Of a stretch of 64,000 nucleotides of DNA, positions 9,926-19,774 are shown one piece after another; position 1 is the stretch's first letter, and every line of letters starts with the position of its first letter. This DNA is from an uncultured Gammaproteobacteria bacterium (lineage in GTDB: Bacteria > Patescibacteriota > Patescibacteriia > Magasanikbacterales > GWA2-37-8): NCBI GenBank assembly GCA_964535515.1, contig CAZHTA010000005.1, positions 13-64,012 on the forward strand, read 5' to 3'. Position numbers and translations under genes: made by a program. Below the pieces are notes generated by a model that made no database searches, had not been told where the DNA came from, and saw nothing but the letters and a program-made list of their open reading frames with translations.

Positions 9926-9999
9926 AGCGGGAGACTGGAATTGAACCAGTGGCCTCCACCCTAGCAGGATGGCACTCTGTTTCTCTGAGCTACTCCCGC
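9926..9999 (-). tRNA. Atypical tRNA-like gene: tRNA-Gly-type body with GCT anticodon
   Basis: GCGGGAG/CTCCCGC acceptor plus U73, CCATC-CTGCTAG-GGTGG anticodon arm, ACTGG-TTCAATT-CCAGT T arm, short variable loop; the D loop lacks GG. Confidence 0.7.
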
Positions 10000-10011
10000 G
10001 AAAGTAGTTAA

Positions 10012-10039
10012 ATACTATCAAATATATTAAAAATGTAAA
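10012..10039 (-). promoter_or_regulatory. Promoter for the tRNA-like/ncRNA unit
   Basis: TTTACA-N16-TAGTAT with TG extension on the minus strand. Confidence 0.5.
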
Positions 10040-10071
10040 GATTGTGTTGTGGATAAGTAAAATCAATTATT

Positions 10072-10794
10072 ATGCCTTTAATTAAAGTTGAAAATTTAAC
10101 CAAACAATACGAAAACGAAGATGTGATAACACCAGTGTTGCATGGTGTGAGTTTTGAAATTCAAAAAGGGGAGTTTGTGGCCATTATGGGCCCGTCTGGT
10201 TCAGGCAAGTCAACACTAATGCATATCTTGGGTTTTTTGGACAAGCTTAGTGCTGGTAAGTATTTGTTTGATGGAAGGGACGTTAGTGGTTTAAGTGATG
10301 ACCAATTAGCAGAAATGCGCAGTGAGTCCGTGGGTTTTATTTTTCAGGCGTTTAATCTTTTGCCACGTACAACTGTTTTAGAAAATGTAATGTTACCGTT
10401 GGTCTATACCAAGTTGACTCCAGCAGCGCAAAAGTTAAAAGCAAAGCAGGCAATTGTATCAGTTGGTCTAGAACATCGTTTAGAATATTATACTAATCAA
10501 TTATCTGGTGGCGAAAAACAAAGAGTAGCCATTGCGCGTGCTTTAGTTAATAATCCGGCAGTAATTTTTGCTGATGAACCAACTGGCAACTTGGATTCTA
10601 AATCAGGTTTGCAGGTAATGAAAATTTTGCAAGATTTAAATGAGCAGGGTCATACAATTATATTAGTTACGCACGAACGTTATACCGCTGACCATGCTAA
10701 GCGTATTATCCGGGTACGTGACGGCGAAATTGAAGAGGACTCATTGGTGGCTGTTCGTCAAATTGCTGCCACTAACGGTGAGCTTAAAAAGTAG
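10072..10794 (+). CDS. MacB/LolD-type ABC transporter ATPase
   Basis: [33 protein letters not shown]. Confidence 0.95.
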   Translation: MPLIKVENLTKQYENEDVITPVLHGVSFEIQKGEFVAIMGPSGSGKSTLMHILGFLDKLSAGKYLFDGRDVSGLSDDQLAEMRSESVGFIFQAFNLLPRTTVLENVMLPLVYTKLTPAAQKLKAKQAIVSVGLEHRLEYYTNQLSGGEKQRVAIARALVNNPAVIFADEPTGNLDSKSGLQVMKILQDLNEQGHTIILVTHERYTADHAKRIIRVRDGEIEEDSLVAVRQIAATNGELKK

Positions 10795-10805
10795 CAATAA
10801 ATTTT

Positions 10806-12047
10806 GTGAATTTTCTTGAAAACATCCATGCAGTTTGGCATTTGATTGGTCGTAATAAAATTCGATCATTTTTAACTATGCTTGGGGTCATCGTCGGTAT
10901 CATGTCAGTGATCGTTGTAATGTCGGTGGGGGCGGGAGCACAAAGTTTGATTTTAAATCAAGTAAAAAGCATGGGATCAAATCTGGTTGGTATTTTACCG
11001 GGTAAATCCGATAGTAATGGCCCGCCAGCTTCGGCTATGGGTGTTGTTATTAAAACTTTAACGGCAGCAGATGTTAATTATATAGTAGCGAGCAAAGACT
11101 TTCCGCATATTATTGCTGGTACTGGTTATGTACGGGGGAGTGACACAGTTTCTTGGGGCGACAATAAAACAGATACTAGCTTTGTTGGTGTATCGGCCGG
11201 GTTATTAGAAATTGAAGATACTAATGTTTCGCAAGGAAGATTTTTTTCTGAGGAAGAAGATCGCGTACAAGCGCGGGTAGCGGTAATAGGCAGTGCGGTG
11301 GCAAAAGATCTGTTTGGTGAAAACAATCCATTAGGTCAACAAATTAAAATTAAAAAATCTAGTTTTAGTATTATTGGTGTGATGACTCAACGTGGTAGTA
11401 GCGGTTTTCAAAATCAAGACAATCAGATCTATGTACCAATTAACACCACACAAAAGATATTGCTTGGGATTGATTATGTTAGTTTTGCGCGTTTTAAAAT
11501 TGATGCAGCGGAAAATGTTAATGATAGTATGGGTTATATCACTCAGGTTTTGCGTGAGCGTCATCGTATTGACGACCCAGAAAAGGATGATTTTTCTGTG
11601 CGTTCAATGGCTCAGGGGGTAGAATCGATTATTAAAATTACTGATGCACTAAAAATATTTTTAACCGCAATCGCCGCCATATCTCTTTTGGTTGGTGGAA
11701 TTGGTATTATGAATATTATGCTTGCGGCGGTAGAAGAGCGAACACGCGAGATTGGTTTACGCAAAGCTGTTGGGGCAAAAAATTACAATATTATTGTTCA
11801 ATTTTTGATTGAAACGGTGATGATTACTTTTATCGGGGGCCTTATTGGAATGGCGTTGGGAATTTTAATTTCCGTGACTGTTGCTAAGATTGCTGAGGGC
11901 ATGGGGTATAACTGGGATTTAGTGATTTCGATTTGGTCAATTTTGTTAGCGGGTAGTGTCTCGATTGGGATTGGTTTGTTGTTTGGTATTATTCCGGCGA
12001 AGAGAGCGTCGAAATTAAATCCAATTGAGGCTTTAAGATACGAATAG
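10806..12047 (+). CDS. MacB/FtsX-family ABC permease
   Basis: RSFLTMLGVIVG, GGIGIMNIM, ERTREIGLRKAVGA, NPIEALRYE. Confidence 0.95.
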   Translation: MNFLENIHAVWHLIGRNKIRSFLTMLGVIVGIMSVIVVMSVGAGAQSLILNQVKSMGSNLVGILPGKSDSNGPPASAMGVVIKTLTAADVNYIVASKDFPHIIAGTGYVRGSDTVSWGDNKTDTSFVGVSAGLLEIEDTNVSQGRFFSEEEDRVQARVAVIGSAVAKDLFGENNPLGQQIKIKKSSFSIIGVMTQRGSSGFQNQDNQIYVPINTTQKILLGIDYVSFARFKIDAAENVNDSMGYITQVLRERHRIDDPEKDDFSVRSMAQGVESIIKITDALKIFLTAIAAISLLVGGIGIMNIMLAAVEERTREIGLRKAVGAKNYNIIVQFLIETVMITFIGGLIGMALGILISVTVAKIAEGMGYNWDLVISIWSILLAGSVSIGIGLLFGIIPAKRASKLNPIEALRYE

Positions 12048-12048
12048 T

Positions 12049-13299
12049 ATGAAGATGAATTGGTCAGCAGTACAACTTGCCTGGAATGCTCTGAAAGCGA
12101 AAAAAACTCGTTCTATTTTGACTATTGTTGGTATTAGTATTGGTATTGCAATGGTAATTGCCATCATGGCTGCTGGGCGTGGGTTGGATTATTTAATTAT
12201 GGGAGAATTGGAAGTTTTTGGTTCAGATACAGTTAGCATCGAAGTTAAGGTGCCTAGCACAAAAAAGAATTCTAGTGAAAATGCCACGAGTCAGGCACAG
12301 GGCGTCGCCATTACCACTTTAAAGGATAAAGACTTGGAAGATGTTAGTAAAAATCCTGGTATTGTAGCGGCCTATGGATATGTTATGGGGCAAGAGGTGG
12401 CTTCTTACGAAGGTCAAAACAAGACAGTGTTATTAGTAGGTGAAGGGTATAATGTGCGCGAGGTGGAAAAGTTTGATTTGGCAGAAGGAAGGATGTATAC
12501 GCAAGAAGAGCAAGAATCGACGACTCAGGTGGCGGTTTTGGGTTGGGGTGTGAAGGATTATTTTTTCGGTGATAATTCGCCGCTTGGTCAGATGGTGTAT
12601 ATCAAAGGCAAACCTTTTAGAGTTGTTGGTGTGGCAGCAAAACGGGGAGCGGTTTTTTCGATGGACATGGATAACGTGATTTTGTTACCCACTAAAACAA
12701 TGCAAAGAAAGATTTTAGGCACTGATTATTTTCAAGCTATTATTGGTAAATTAAAAGATGTAAATAAGGCTGATGCTACAGTGTTGGATTTGGAAGATGT
12801 TATTCGTGCTAATCATAAAATTGACGATCCAGCAAAAGATGATTTTGCTATTAATACTATGGCCGAGGCAATTGGTATTTTATCAAGTGTAGTCGGAGGT
12901 ATTACTCTGTTGTTAGTAGCGTTGGTTTGTATTTCTTTAGTTGTTGGTGGAGTGGGTATTATGAATATCATGTATGTTTCTGTTACTGAACGAGTTTTTG
13001 AAATTGGCTTAAGAAAAGCTCTGGGAGCGAAAAGCAAAGATATTCTTTGGCAGTTTTTATCTGAAGCTATTATTCTAACTGTGCTTGGTGGTTTGGTTGG
13101 TATTGTTTTGGGGTTAATTTTGGCGCTCATTATATATTTTACCGCTACATATTACGGTCTGTCTTGGATTTATTCGGTTCCGATTTCTTCAATATTTTTA
13201 TCAGTTGGATTTTCCGGCTGTGTCGGCTTGGTTTTTGGTCTTTATCCAGCCAAAAAAGCTGCTAGTTTAGAGCCAATGACCGCACTTCGGAAAGAATAG
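12049..13299 (+). CDS. MacB/FtsX-family ABC permease (paralog)
   Basis: GGVGIMNIM, EIGLRKALGA, PAKKAASLEP. Confidence 0.95.
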   Translation: MKMNWSAVQLAWNALKAKKTRSILTIVGISIGIAMVIAIMAAGRGLDYLIMGELEVFGSDTVSIEVKVPSTKKNSSENATSQAQGVAITTLKDKDLEDVSKNPGIVAAYGYVMGQEVASYEGQNKTVLLVGEGYNVREVEKFDLAEGRMYTQEEQESTTQVAVLGWGVKDYFFGDNSPLGQMVYIKGKPFRVVGVAAKRGAVFSMDMDNVILLPTKTMQRKILGTDYFQAIIGKLKDVNKADATVLDLEDVIRANHKIDDPAKDDFAINTMAEAIGILSSVVGGITLLLVALVCISLVVGGVGIMNIMYVSVTERVFEIGLRKALGAKSKDILWQFLSEAIILTVLGGLVGIVLGLILALIIYFTATYYGLSWIYSVPISSIFLSVGFSGCVGLVFGLYPAKKAASLEPMTALRKE

Positions 13300-13356
13300 G
13301 CAGGGAGTTGATTTTTATCGAAATACAGGATAGTATAGAGGTATTCTGTGTTTTTT

Positions 13357-15144
13357 ATGGCTGATACGCAACTTATCAAAGACAAGTTAGATTTGGCGCA
13401 GTTTATTGGTGAATATGTGCAGGTAAAGAAGGCCGGCTCTTACTGGAAAGCCTGCTGCCCGTTTCATCACGAAAAGACGCCATCTTTTATGATTCATCCA
13501 GAACGTCAGTTCTGGCATTGTTTTGGTTGTGCTAAAGGTGGTGATATTTTTTCTTTTGTTCAAGAAATTGAGGGTTTAGATTTTTCGGAAGCATTAAAGT
13601 TGTTAGCTGATCGAGCGGGCGTAAAAATTGACAGTTACCGTAGCGAGATTGATAAGAGTCAAAAGAATCGAATTTTGGAAATCAATCAAAAAGCTGCGTA
13701 TTTTTTCAATCATGTCCTTTCGGAAATGTCACAGTCAAAAGAGGCGCGTGACTATTTAGAGCGTAGGAAATTAAAAGCAGAAACTATCGCGGAATGGGAA
13801 GTTGGATATATTACTGATCAATGGGATTTGTTAACGCAATATTTTTTAAAAAAAGGAATTGGCGTAGATGATTTAGTGGCTTCAGGATTAACGATTAAAA
13901 AAGATAACGCCACTGCTGGTCGTGGTTACTATGATCGTTTTCGCGGGAGGATTATGTTTCCAATTAAAAATGTACACGGCAACGTGGTTGGCTTTACTGG
14001 CCGACAATTAGTAGATAATCCCGATGCCGGTGGTAAATATGTTAATTCACCTCAGACATTGGTGTTTGACAAGTCACGAGTGTTGTATGGATTGGATAAA
14101 GCAAAAATGGAAATCAAAGCAAAGGATTTAGCAGTCATTGTTGAAGGGCAGATGGATGTGATTGCTTGTCACCAGGCTGGTATGAAAAATGTAGTAGCCG
14201 CGTCTGGAACTGCACTAACCCCAGAACAAATACATTTGATTGAGCGATATACCAAAAATATTGCTATGGCATTTGATGCGGACAAGGCGGGGATAAACGC
14301 CGCCAAGCGGGGGATTGATATTGCTTTGAAAGAAGGGATGAACGTGCGAGTTATTCGTTTGCCAGAAGATGCCGGTAAAGATGCCGATGAAGCAATCAAA
14401 AAAGATCCAGCAGTTTGGTTTAAAGCAGTGGAAGATTCCACGGAGATAATGCAGTGGTTTTTTGATATTGTTTTTACTGGTAGAAAGTTAACTTCTCCAA
14501 AAGACCGCCAGGCCGCAAGCGACGAACTTTTGCCGCTTATCGGCCTAATTCCTTATGCCGTAGAAAAAGATTACTGGCTTAAAAAGTTAGCGGAGACAAT
14601 TGGTACGGAGGTGGCGGTTTTGCGTGAAGATTTAAAAAGAATTGCGAACCAGCAGCCGAGCCGTAGTTTTTCTCCGGTTCAAGTAAAGCCAGCACAAGCA
14701 GCAAAACCAGTTAAGTTAACCCACTTAGATTCCTTGCTTGAAAGGTTGTTGATGTTGATTATTAAGTTTCCTGATATTTCTCCGGCAGCGGCCGCTGCTT
14801 TGCCTGAACTCTTAACTACTGAATTAGAGCAATCCAAGCTTTACGAAACTATTAAAAAACAGTATAATGAAAGTAATGATTTTACTACTGCCACACTCTT
14901 GGCCGTTTTGTCTTTACCGGAGTTTTTTGAAGTAGTAGAAATATTAAAATTAAAATCGGAATTGGAATTTTCTGAATGGAATATTGAACAAGCGCGGATT
15001 GAATTAGTTGATGTTACGGGACGCTTAAGAGATGAGGATAAAAGAAGCCGTCGACAAATATTGCAACAGGAAATTAATGTTGCGGAGCAAGCGGGTAATC
15101 AAGAGCGAGTAAAAGAATTATTATCTCAATTTCAAAATTTGTAG
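13357..15144 (+). CDS. dnaG: DNA primase
   Basis: CPFHHEKTPSF..CFGC zinc finger, DRFRGRIMFPI, EGQMDV, FDADKAG (TOPRIM). Confidence 0.97.
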   Translation: MADTQLIKDKLDLAQFIGEYVQVKKAGSYWKACCPFHHEKTPSFMIHPERQFWHCFGCAKGGDIFSFVQEIEGLDFSEALKLLADRAGVKIDSYRSEIDKSQKNRILEINQKAAYFFNHVLSEMSQSKEARDYLERRKLKAETIAEWEVGYITDQWDLLTQYFLKKGIGVDDLVASGLTIKKDNATAGRGYYDRFRGRIMFPIKNVHGNVVGFTGRQLVDNPDAGGKYVNSPQTLVFDKSRVLYGLDKAKMEIKAKDLAVIVEGQMDVIACHQAGMKNVVAASGTALTPEQIHLIERYTKNIAMAFDADKAGINAAKRGIDIALKEGMNVRVIRLPEDAGKDADEAIKKDPAVWFKAVEDSTEIMQWFFDIVFTGRKLTSPKDRQAASDELLPLIGLIPYAVEKDYWLKKLAETIGTEVAVLREDLKRIANQQPSRSFSPVQVKPAQAAKPVKLTHLDSLLERLLMLIIKFPDISPAAAAALPELLTTELEQSKLYETIKKQYNESNDFTTATLLAVLSLPEFFEVVEILKLKSELEFSEWNIEQARIELVDVTGRLRDEDKRSRRQILQQEINVAEQAGNQERVKELLSQFQNL

Positions 15145-15162
15145 TTTAAAGCCATATATAAT

Positions 15163-16578
15163 ATGCCTGGTAAAAGTAAGCCAAAGAAGAAAATTAGCAA
15201 AACAACTGCTAAGGTAGCGAAGAAAGTAAAAGTAAAAAAAGTTGTTAAGGCTAAGAAGATCAAACCGGTAAAGTCGGTAAAAACAGCGAAGAAGAAAGTC
15301 GTTGTCAAAAAGCCAATTAAAGTTTTAAAAAAGAAAGAAAAACAACCTGAGAAGAAACCAGGCCATAAAATTTGGGTTGATAAAAACAAGAGTAAGGATA
15401 AGAGTAAAGAAAAAAACAAGTTTAATAACAATAAATTTAAACATAAACCATACTTGGCTAAACCAGTGGTAATGGAACCAGTGGTCGAACCAGATTTGCA
15501 GGCGATTTGGCGTTTGGTAAGTAAAGGGAGAAACCGCGGTTTTATCACCGAGATTGAACTTAGCGCGCTCATGTCACGACCAGAGTGCTATCTTGATCTT
15601 TATGAAGGGTTGTTAGATGTTTTTGAGAAGAATGGTGTAACTGTTGTTGAAAGTTCACATAATTTGTTAGGTGGTAAAGATTCGCATAGCACAGCCTTAA
15701 AACAATTTCAAGGATCACAACCAGACATGGACATACCGTTTGACTTGGGTGAAATTTCGTCTGATTCTATTCAGATGTATTTGCGTGAGATTGGTAAGAT
15801 TCCACTTTTAAAAACTGAAGAAGAAATCTCATTAGCAAAACGCAAAGAAAAGGGTGACCACGCGGCAGAGCGAAAACTCATCGAAGCCAACTTGCGTTTG
15901 GTTGTTTCGATTGCGAAGAAGTTTGTTGGCAAGAGTCTTTCTTTGTTAGATCTGATTCAAGAAGGCAACATTGGTTTGTTCCGAGCAGTAAAGAAATTTG
16001 ATCATCACAAAGGTTTTAAATTTTCTACCTATGCCACTTGGTGGATTCGTCAGGCTATTACCCGTGCTTTGGCTGATCAGTCCCGCACCATTCGTATTCC
16101 AGTGCATATGGTGGAAACAATTAATCGTTTTCAACAAGTACAACGTCGTTTGATGCAAGATTTAGGGCGTGATCCAACACCAGAAGAATTAGCTGCCGAA
16201 ATGGGTGAAGAAGTGGAAAAGATTAACCATATTATTAAAATTTCTCAAGATACGATTTCTCTTGAGGTGTCAGTTGGTGATGATGACGAAGACACTCAAT
16301 TGGAAGATTTTATTGAAGATGTTAAAAACGTTTCGCCTGATCGTTCGGCTGGTTTACAGATTTTGCGTGATTATGTGCGTGATGCTATCCAGTTTTTATC
16401 TCCACGTGAACAAAAAATCTTGGAGATGCGTTTTGGTTTGTCTGATGGAGTTACTCATACGTTGGAAGAAGTGGGTACAGAATTTGGTGTTACCCGTGAA
16501 CGTATTCGTCAGATTGAGGCTAAAGCTTTAGAAAAAATTCAAACTTCTGATTTAATTAGCAAACTTCGTGATTATTAG
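15163..16578 (+). CDS. rpoD: Primary sigma factor with Lys-rich N-terminal extension
   Basis: [46 protein letters not shown]; downstream of dnaG. Confidence 0.95.
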   Translation: MPGKSKPKKKISKTTAKVAKKVKVKKVVKAKKIKPVKSVKTAKKKVVVKKPIKVLKKKEKQPEKKPGHKIWVDKNKSKDKSKEKNKFNNNKFKHKPYLAKPVVMEPVVEPDLQAIWRLVSKGRNRGFITEIELSALMSRPECYLDLYEGLLDVFEKNGVTVVESSHNLLGGKDSHSTALKQFQGSQPDMDIPFDLGEISSDSIQMYLREIGKIPLLKTEEEISLAKRKEKGDHAAERKLIEANLRLVVSIAKKFVGKSLSLLDLIQEGNIGLFRAVKKFDHHKGFKFSTYATWWIRQAITRALADQSRTIRIPVHMVETINRFQQVQRRLMQDLGRDPTPEELAAEMGEEVEKINHIIKISQDTISLEVSVGDDDEDTQLEDFIEDVKNVSPDRSAGLQILRDYVRDAIQFLSPREQKILEMRFGLSDGVTHTLEEVGTEFGVTRERIRQIEAKALEKIQTSDLISKLRDY

Positions 16579-16587
16579 TTCTCTACT

Positions 16588-17670
16588 ATGAAGATTGTAT
16601 TTTCCGGAGGAGGAACATTGGGACCAGTGGTGCCATTGATTGCAATTGCTGAGGCTTGTCGAGCGGAAGACCCGAAAGTACAGTTAGTTTGGGTCGGCAC
16701 AAAGAATGGTCCGGAGCGTGAAGTAGTGGAACAATATGATATTCCTTTTTTTACCATGACGGCCGGTAAATGGCGCCGGTATTTTTCTTGGTGGAATTTT
16801 TTTGATATTTTCAAAGTTGTTGCGGCTTTTTTTAAGTCCATTGTTTTTATCTGGCAAGAAAAACCCGATCTTTTGATATCGGGTGGTGGTTTTGTTAGTG
16901 TGCCATTGCATTGGGCGGGATGGATTTTGGGTGTTCCTAGCTGGATACATCAACAAGATGTTGAACCAGGATTAGCCAATCGTTTGATGGCCAGTATTGC
17001 TAAAAAAATTACTACGGCTTTGCGTGAAGGGGTAAATAGTTTTCGTACTAAGAAAACTGAGTGGCTAGGTAATCCATCACGTGATTTAAGCGGTGCTGAT
17101 CAGGTTGCGGCACGAGCAAAGTTTGGTATTCCCGAAGGTTCGCCAGTAATTTTTGCATTAGGTGGCGGTACGGGTTCGTCTCGTTTAAACGAAATGATTT
17201 TAGAAGCTTTGCCAGCTTGGCCACGTGATTGGCATGTTATTCATTTGGTTGGTAAAGATCGGCCAAGCGAATTACAACAGCGAGCAGTAGGAGTTTTTCC
17301 TAATTATCATGTTTACAAATTTTTTACTACTGAAATGAAGGAGGCGTATGCTTTGGCGGATGTGGTAATCGCACGTGCTGGGTTTGCAACAATTACCGAA
17401 TTGGCAGCTTTAAGTAAGGCAGCAGTTCTGTTGCCAATGGCTGGTACCCATCAAGAAAAGAATGTGAAAATGTTTACTGATAACAATGCCGTGGTAGCGC
17501 TGAACGAAGTTAATGATAACGGTTTAAAGTTAGCACAGATTGTAAAAGAATTAGTTAACAATCAAGAGTTAAGAATACGTTTAGGAAAAAGATTAAACGA
17601 AGTATTGCCTCGTGCCAACCCTGAACGGATTGTGGAAATAGTGGGTGAATTGGTGGGGGAGGAGAAGTAA
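16588..17670 (+). CDS. murG: Lipid II GlcNAc transferase MurG
   Basis: GGGTLGPV, GGFVSVP, PGLANR, GGGTGS, ARAG, HQEKN. Confidence 0.92.
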   Translation: MKIVFSGGGTLGPVVPLIAIAEACRAEDPKVQLVWVGTKNGPEREVVEQYDIPFFTMTAGKWRRYFSWWNFFDIFKVVAAFFKSIVFIWQEKPDLLISGGGFVSVPLHWAGWILGVPSWIHQQDVEPGLANRLMASIAKKITTALREGVNSFRTKKTEWLGNPSRDLSGADQVAARAKFGIPEGSPVIFALGGGTGSSRLNEMILEALPAWPRDWHVIHLVGKDRPSELQQRAVGVFPNYHVYKFFTTEMKEAYALADVVIARAGFATITELAALSKAAVLLPMAGTHQEKNVKMFTDNNAVVALNEVNDNGLKLAQIVKELVNNQELRIRLGKRLNEVLPRANPERIVEIVGELVGEEK

Positions 17671-17706
17671 ATAAAATTAGAAAAAATTTGATTTAAAAAT
17701 CCCGAT

Positions 17707-18915
17707 TTAGTCGGGATTTGTTTTTAGATTACTTTTTTCTATTTTTACTTTAAGTATTTTGTTATGTAGATCTTTGTCTGATTTAACTGCAATTTTTAAA
17801 TATTCTGGCGTGTATCCTTCGTAAGAACCGTTTTTACTTTTGTTTTCAAACAACACTGATTTGGTTTGGTTGATGAATTGCTTGGTAAATTGTTTGGCAA
17901 CATTGTTAGCAATGAAAATTAATTCTTTGACACGTTGTTTTTTTGTTTTATCTATCACAGTTTCTTTCATACTCGCGGCTAATGTCCCGGGTCGTGAAGA
18001 AAAAGGGAATACATGCACTTTAGAAAATTGTATTTCTTTAACAAATTGTTTGGTTTGGGCAAAGTCTTTTTCGGTTTCACCAGGAAATCCAATAATGATA
18101 TCCGTGGTAAAAGAAAAAAATGGATAACGGGCGCGCATTTTCTTTGCAATTTCAGCATAATGCTTGGTTGTATATCCACGACGCATGTTTTTTAATACTG
18201 TGTCTGATCCAGATTGGAGAGATAGATGCCAATGGGGCATGAGACGAGTGTTTGGGTAAAGCTTGATTAGTTCCGGTGTGATTAAACGTGGGTCAAGTGA
18301 ACCAAGACGGATTCGTTTGATTTTAGTTTCTTTTAGTATTTTTTTAAGCAACCCAGATAGAGAAGTTCTTTTATCTTTGTATAGACAGATATTCACTCCT
18401 GTTAAAGTAACTTCTTGGTATTTCTTTTTTTCTAGCTCTTTTATTTTTGTAATAATATTTTTAACAGAAACGCTTTGTGTTTTTCCGCGAAAGTGGGGGA
18501 TGATGCAATAGGCACAAGAGAAATTGCAGCCAGTTTGAATTTTAAGAAAAGCACGAGTACGATTGAGTTGAGTGGGTTCTTTTTTGTTTGTGTTGGTTGG
18601 TTCAGATTCAGCTAGGTTCATTACTTGTTCAATGGCAAGTTCGTTGGTTGGAGCAACAAAATCAATTTCTGGTAAATCAGAGTTTTCTACACATCCTAAT
18701 ACGATTACAGTCTTTCCTAATTTTTTGGCCCGGCGGATTATTTCTCTGGTAGTTTGGGAGGCGTTACAAGTAACACCGCAGGCGCGGATAATTGCTACTT
18801 TTTCGGTAGTTAAAAAAGGTACAGTAGTCTGCCCTAATTTTTCTAGATTTTCTTTTAAATCCTCGGTTTCTGCCCAATTTAATTTGCAACCCAAGGTAAA
18901 GTAGGAAATGTTCAT
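17707..18915 (-). CDS. mtaB: Radical SAM tRNA methylthiotransferase (MtaB-like)
   Basis: TLGCKLN, CNFSCAYC (CxxxCxxC), SLQSGS, DIIIGFPGET, FSSRPGT. Confidence 0.85.
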   Translation of the reverse strand: MNISYFTLGCKLNWAETEDLKENLEKLGQTTVPFLTTEKVAIIRACGVTCNASQTTREIIRRAKKLGKTVIVLGCVENSDLPEIDFVAPTNELAIEQVMNLAESEPTNTNKKEPTQLNRTRAFLKIQTGCNFSCAYCIIPHFRGKTQSVSVKNIITKIKELEKKKYQEVTLTGVNICLYKDKRTSLSGLLKKILKETKIKRIRLGSLDPRLITPELIKLYPNTRLMPHWHLSLQSGSDTVLKNMRRGYTTKHYAEIAKKMRARYPFFSFTTDIIIGFPGETEKDFAQTKQFVKEIQFSKVHVFPFSSRPGTLAASMKETVIDKTKKQRVKELIFIANNVAKQFTKQFINQTKSVLFENKSKNGSYEGYTPEYLKIAVKSDKDLHNKILKVKIEKSNLKTNPD

Positions 18916-19156
18916 AAAATACGTGTGGATTATATCAAAAGGATATTTTTTGAGCAAGTAACTTAGTTAAAAGAAAACCCACTCATATTACTATAAGTGG
19001 GTTTATATTTTTTAAAACCACCTCCCTTAAGCGACAATGTCTTATCATTTAAGGGAGTCGGGTGGTTTTGAGAATCACGCCCGACATAAGGCAGGTGTGA
19101 TTGTTGGGAAAGGGCAATGGCCTTGGGTTGGGTAGGGCGGAGTAGCCGTCGTGGGT

Positions 19157-19582
19157 CTAGTCGTCCAGCGTGCCCGGTCTGTCGAGCGGAGCGTAGAGAC
19201 CCAGTATGGAGCACTTGAAATCGGGGTCGTCGGGCGGGTTTTGCCCGAAAGCGCTGCGCATCTCGCGCTCTGGGCTCTGGCCGAATGCTCCGGGCCAGTA
19301 CTCGGCCGGAACGCTCAGAGCGCCTTCACGGAAGAAAAGGCGCACGTGACCTTTCATGTCTTCGGATAGGTTGTCCCACGCCGCCTGGTCCGTATCCGCG
19401 AGGGCGGATTCTTCCAGGAGGTGCTCGAGCAGAACCGGAGGCGTCTGCTTTTGCCTTTCTGCCCACTCACGCGCTCGTGCCTTGCTAAAGAACGGGGTGG
19501 TGTAGATATGGTCGCCGTTGAAGAAGCGTCCGTGAGTCGGCAGCACTCCGCATTTGCAGAGTCTGAACGTAATGTCTGCCAT
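19157..19582 (-). CDS. GC-rich orphan protein (islet C)
   Basis: SD AAGGAGG (19588-19594), own promoter, GC-rich codons. Confidence 0.7.
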   Translation of the reverse strand: MADITFRLCKCGVLPTHGRFFNGDHIYTTPFFSKARAREWAERQKQTPPVLLEHLLEESALADTDQAAWDNLSEDMKGHVRLFFREGALSVPAEYWPGAFGQSPEREMRSAFGQNPPDDPDFKCSILGLYAPLDRPGTLDD

Positions 19583-19624
19583 CGGTTCCTCCTTACTTAC
19601 CCAGTTGGTTGTCGCCTGTTATAG

Positions 19625-19653
19625 AGCCTAACACAGGGTGGTATTTTGTTCAA
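19625..19653 (-). promoter_or_regulatory. Promoter of islet C
   Basis: TTGAAC-N17-TAGGCT with TG extension. Confidence 0.55.
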
Positions 19654-19774
19654 GATGCTTAGTGTTTATGTCTTGTTTTGCGATTTGTAGTTTTTTAATA
19701 TAGGGAGTACAATATATGACAATTAATTATTGCTGTTATTTTAAATAACAGTGTTTATTCTTAACCATCGCTCT

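Noticed and set aside
9560-9999. tmRNA
   Set aside because: No G3-U70 alanine acceptor closing the molecule, and no tag ending in an Ala-rich degron.
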